A DNA stretch of 64,000 nt from a virus, in the IMG/VR virus record IMGVR_UViG_3300024333_000005, positions 21,242 to 85,241 of that record. The stretch is one strand, 5' to 3'. The notes beneath the pieces are model-generated. The model was given only the letters and a program-made list of their open reading frames with translations, was not told where the DNA came from and did no database searches. A program made the position numbers and the translations under genes. Positions 61,244 through 64,000 of this stretch are shown here, piece after piece. Within the stretch, counting starts at the first letter, position 1. Every line of letters starts with the position of its first letter.

Positions 61244-62971
61244 GTGGACCTGCGTGACGAGGTCGGTGGAACCGAGCGCCGCCGGCGGCAACAGGTGCGG
61301 GCCCTGGTCTTCGGCGAGGGGGGCCGGCTGCACAAGGCCGGCGACGGCGCGGCCCCGCCCGAGGCAAGCAAGAGCCTGTCCGAGCCCGACCTCTGGGGCT
61401 CGGGCATTGCCGACCAGATCGTCGATCCGCCCCTTGACCCCCTGGGCCTGGCCTCCCTGGTCGAGCAGAGCGCCGCCCTCGGCCCCCTGGTCGAGGCAAT
61501 GGAGGCGAACATCGAGGGCTTCGGGTGGCGCCTGGTGCCTCTGCTTGGCTACGATGCCACGCCGGCCCGCAAGGAGGAGGCGGCCGCCGAGCGCCGCCGC
61601 CTGGACAACTTCTTCCGCTACGCCACCACCGAGGAGAGCTTCACCAGCCTGCGCCGGCGCACGCGCCGCGACCTGGAGGTGACCGGGAACGCGTACTGGG
61701 AGGTGGTCCGCAGCCTGCGGGGCGAGATCGTCGGGCTCAAGCTGCTCCCCTCCTACCAGGTCCGGCTCTGCTACGAGGACCGGGACTACACCGCCGCCGA
61801 GGCCCCGGTCCTGGAAGTGCAGCCGGACGGCACCTACATCCTGGAGAAGCGGCGGGTCTACCGCCGCTTCCGGCGTTTCGTGCAGGGCGCCCTGGTGGCG
61901 ATGGGACAGCGGGCCACGGCGCAGTATCGCTACTTCAAGAGCTTCCGGGACCCCCGGGTGGTGGACAACCAGACCGGCGAAGTGGTGCCGGCCGAGAGGG
62001 TGGAGCGGTGGGACCGGGAGGGCGGGTCCATGCCCGAGGCCCGGCGGGCCAACGAGGTGATCCACTGGCGGATCGGCTCGCCCCGGACCCCCTATGGCCT
62101 GCCCCGGTGGCTCGGCAACCTGCTCGGCGCCCTGGGCGCCCGCTCGGCCGAGGAGATCAACTACGGCACCTTCCGCAACCAGTGCGTGCCGTCCATGCTT
62201 CTCCTGGTCTCCAACGGCCAGCTCACCGAGGCCACGATCAAGCGCATCGAGACCTTCGTCGAGAGCCACCTGAAGGGCGGCGACAACTACAGCCGCTTCC
62301 TGCTCCTGGAGGGCGAAGGGGCCTACGAGGGCGAGGACAGCGGGCACGTCAAGATCGACGCCAAGCCGCTCACCCAGGCGCAGCACACCGACGCCCTTTT
62401 CACGAACTACATTGGCATGTGCCACGGCAACCTGCGCCAGGCGTTTCGGCTGCCGGGCCTCTTCGTCGGCAAGGACGACGGCTACAACCGGGCGACTGCC
62501 GAGGTGGCCCGACGCCTGGCGGATGAGCAGGTTTTCGCCCCGGAGCGGGCCGAGGTGGACTGGGCCATCAACGCCCTGGTCCTCGCCGACCTGGGCGCCC
62601 GCTACTACCGCTTCGAGACCCGGACCCCGAACGTCACCGACAACGCCGAGCTGGTGTCCATGCTGACCGCCGCCGAGCGGACCGGGGCCATCACTCCGCG
62701 CCTGGCCCGGGCCATCGTCGAGGATGTCTTCCCGGGAGCCTCCGAGGCCCCGCCCTTGGACCCCCGGGTCAACCCCGACCTGCCCTTCTCGCTGACAATG
62801 GCGGAGGCGGTCAAGAACCAGGCGCAGACCACCGAGGTCAACCAACAGGTCGCGCCCGTCCAGGCGAGCGGAGTGGTGAAGGCGATCCGGGACGACCTCA
62901 TCGCCGACCTGCTCGCCACCGGCGACCGGGCCGCCACCGAGCTGCGCCGCCTGCTCCGCCGCGACGAGTAG
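61244..62971 (+). CDS. Portal protein (PBSX-like)
   Basis: 'DLEVTGNAYWEV', 'NEVIH', 'YGLPRW', 'F.N...P', 'YNRATA', 'F.PE'. Confidence 0.92.
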   Translation: MDLRDEVGGTERRRRQQVRALVFGEGGRLHKAGDGAAPPEASKSLSEPDLWGSGIADQIVDPPLDPLGLASLVEQSAALGPLVEAMEANIEGFGWRLVPLLGYDATPARKEEAAAERRRLDNFFRYATTEESFTSLRRRTRRDLEVTGNAYWEVVRSLRGEIVGLKLLPSYQVRLCYEDRDYTAAEAPVLEVQPDGTYILEKRRVYRRFRRFVQGALVAMGQRATAQYRYFKSFRDPRVVDNQTGEVVPAERVERWDREGGSMPEARRANEVIHWRIGSPRTPYGLPRWLGNLLGALGARSAEEINYGTFRNQCVPSMLLLVSNGQLTEATIKRIETFVESHLKGGDNYSRFLLLEGEGAYEGEDSGHVKIDAKPLTQAQHTDALFTNYIGMCHGNLRQAFRLPGLFVGKDDGYNRATAEVARRLADEQVFAPERAEVDWAINALVLADLGARYYRFETRTPNVTDNAELVSMLTAAERTGAITPRLARAIVEDVFPGASEAPPLDPRVNPDLPFSLTMAEAVKNQAQTTEVNQQVAPVQASGVVKAIRDDLIADLLATGDRAATELRRLLRRDE

Positions 62972-62972
62972 C

Positions 62973-64000
62973 ATGCACGAGGCCGGGGCCACCTGCTGCG
63001 CCGGGGTCCTGGCCGCATCCCGGTTGGCAGTCCTGAAGGCCCTGGGGGTCCCCGAGCTGGCCGAGCTGGCCCGGGAGGAAGTCGCCTACGCCCGGGGCCT
63101 GCGCCTGGCCTACCAGCGCAGCCTCCGCGCCGCCTGGGAGGCGGCCCTTCCCGGCCCCCGGTCGCCGGGCGGCGAGGCCGGCGTCAAGCGCTTCGTCGAG
63201 GCGGTCGGCGAGCACTACGCCCCGGCCTTCGAGCGGGAGGTCAAGGCTCTGGCCCCGGGCAAGGTGGAGCGGTTCTACCGGCTCGGCAAGGTCTCCGCCT
63301 GGCGCAAGGCCCTGGGCTACACCTCGGCGGTCCTGCGCATGCCGCCGGCCGCGCCCCTGGAGAAGGCCGCGGGCGGTTCCCGGGCCGAGCTGAAGGCGAG
63401 CTTTGATCTGGTCGACGACGACGCGGTCAGTGCCCTGCTCGGCCACCAGCTCTTTTGGGCCGGCGGGCACTACGAGGCGGTGGTCAACGAGGGCATCGCT
63501 TTCGTGGCCCGGGACATCATGGTCGAGCAGGGGCTCTCGGGCGCCGAGGCCGGGAAGGAGCTGGCCGCGGCCATCGGGGACACGGTCGGCACCCCGCACG
63601 GCTGGCAGCCGGACCAGTACTTCCGCGTGGTGGCGAGCAACGCCGCCACCGTCGGCCGGGTGATGGGCGCGGTAAAGGCGTTCGAGGACCTGGGCGTCAC
63701 CCGGCTGGTGGTGGTCAACCCCCGGGACGAGGTGACCTGCGAGCGCTGTCGCCTGCTCGATGGACAGGTCTTCGACCTGTCCGTCGCCTCGGCCCAGAAG
63801 GCGAAGCTCCTGGCGGTGAAGCACCCGAGCGCAATCAAGGGGGCGGTCGCCCCCTGGTTCGACGAGTCGGAGTTCCGGCACCGCTACGAGCAGGCCGAGG
63901 CCAAGGCCGAAGCGGACGCCAAGGCGGCCGGCAAGGCCAAGCCCGACCTCGGACCCTACCTGGCGGCGCAGCGGATCTGCCTGCCTCCATACCACGGGTC
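62973..64000 (+). CDS. Head morphogenesis protein (SPP1 gp7/Mu F-like), 3' truncated
   Basis: ATG 2 nt after the portal stop; 'D..TC..C..LDG..F' and 'LPPYH' read in the same frame at the window end. Confidence 0.8.
   Translation, partial: MHEAGATCCAGVLAASRLAVLKALGVPELAELAREEVAYARGLRLAYQRSLRAAWEAALPGPRSPGGEAGVKRFVEAVGEHYAPAFEREVKALAPGKVERFYRLGKVSAWRKALGYTSAVLRMPPAAPLEKAAGGSRAELKASFDLVDDDAVSALLGHQLFWAGGHYEAVVNEGIAFVARDIMVEQGLSGAEAGKELAAAIGDTVGTPHGWQPDQYFRVVASNAATVGRVMGAVKAFEDLGVTRLVVVNPRDEVTCERCRLLDGQVFDLSVASAQKAKLLAVKHPSAIKGAVAPWFDESEFRHRYEQAEAKAEADAKAAGKAKPDLGPYLAAQRICLPPYHG

Larger units (their letters stand above)
1..64000 (+). mobile_element. Tailed dsDNA bacteriophage (myovirus-type) genome segment, incomplete at both ends
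   Basis: Tail sheath/tube/tape measure/baseplate, lysis genes, replisome, terminase and portal in a dense, coupled gene array; no host housekeeping context. Confidence 0.97.

Noticed and set aside
430-62992. Very long minus-strand and off-frame ORFs in the track (e.g. 430-3588, 5175-8369, 13022-17308, 31540-35634, 58985-62992)
   Set aside because: Shadow ORFs expected from extreme GC codon bias; they overlap well-supported + strand genes and have no recognisable motifs

Overview
The window is most of the genome of a very GC-rich tailed dsDNA phage with a contractile (myovirus/CIS-like) tail. Almost all genes lie on the + strand and are translationally coupled. Order: tail/baseplate/fibre (1-17.2 kb); lysis (17.2-19.8 kb); a large replication, recombination and repair block (19.8-44.4 kb: beta-clamp-like, SF2 helicase, HTH initiator, DnaB, DnaG, MoxR/CobS AAA+ with a vWA partner, sigma-like factor, DnaE, HU, gp32-like SSB, RecA, RuvC, UDG, SbcCD); methyltransferases; a 1.3-kb repeat-rich non-coding region (47.1-48.4 kb); accessory genes (48.4-58.6 kb); then terminase, portal and head morphogenesis genes running off the right end. 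No integrase, capsid gene, tRNA or CRISPR array was recognised. Best leads: a Tad1-like anti-Thoeris sponge inserted on the minus strand; an intact but apparently ATPase-dead ComM/YifB homologue; a promoter-driven structured ncRNA candidate at about 56.45-56.65 kb; a possibly bistable RNA leader and a perfect 28-bp palindrome at the initiator gene; a duplicated sigma70 promoter module with a helically phased upstream box; a non-SSB protein ending in the SSB tail motif DDEDIPF; and a -1 frameshift in the tail chaperone. All product calls come from motif recognition by eye; no database searches were run.
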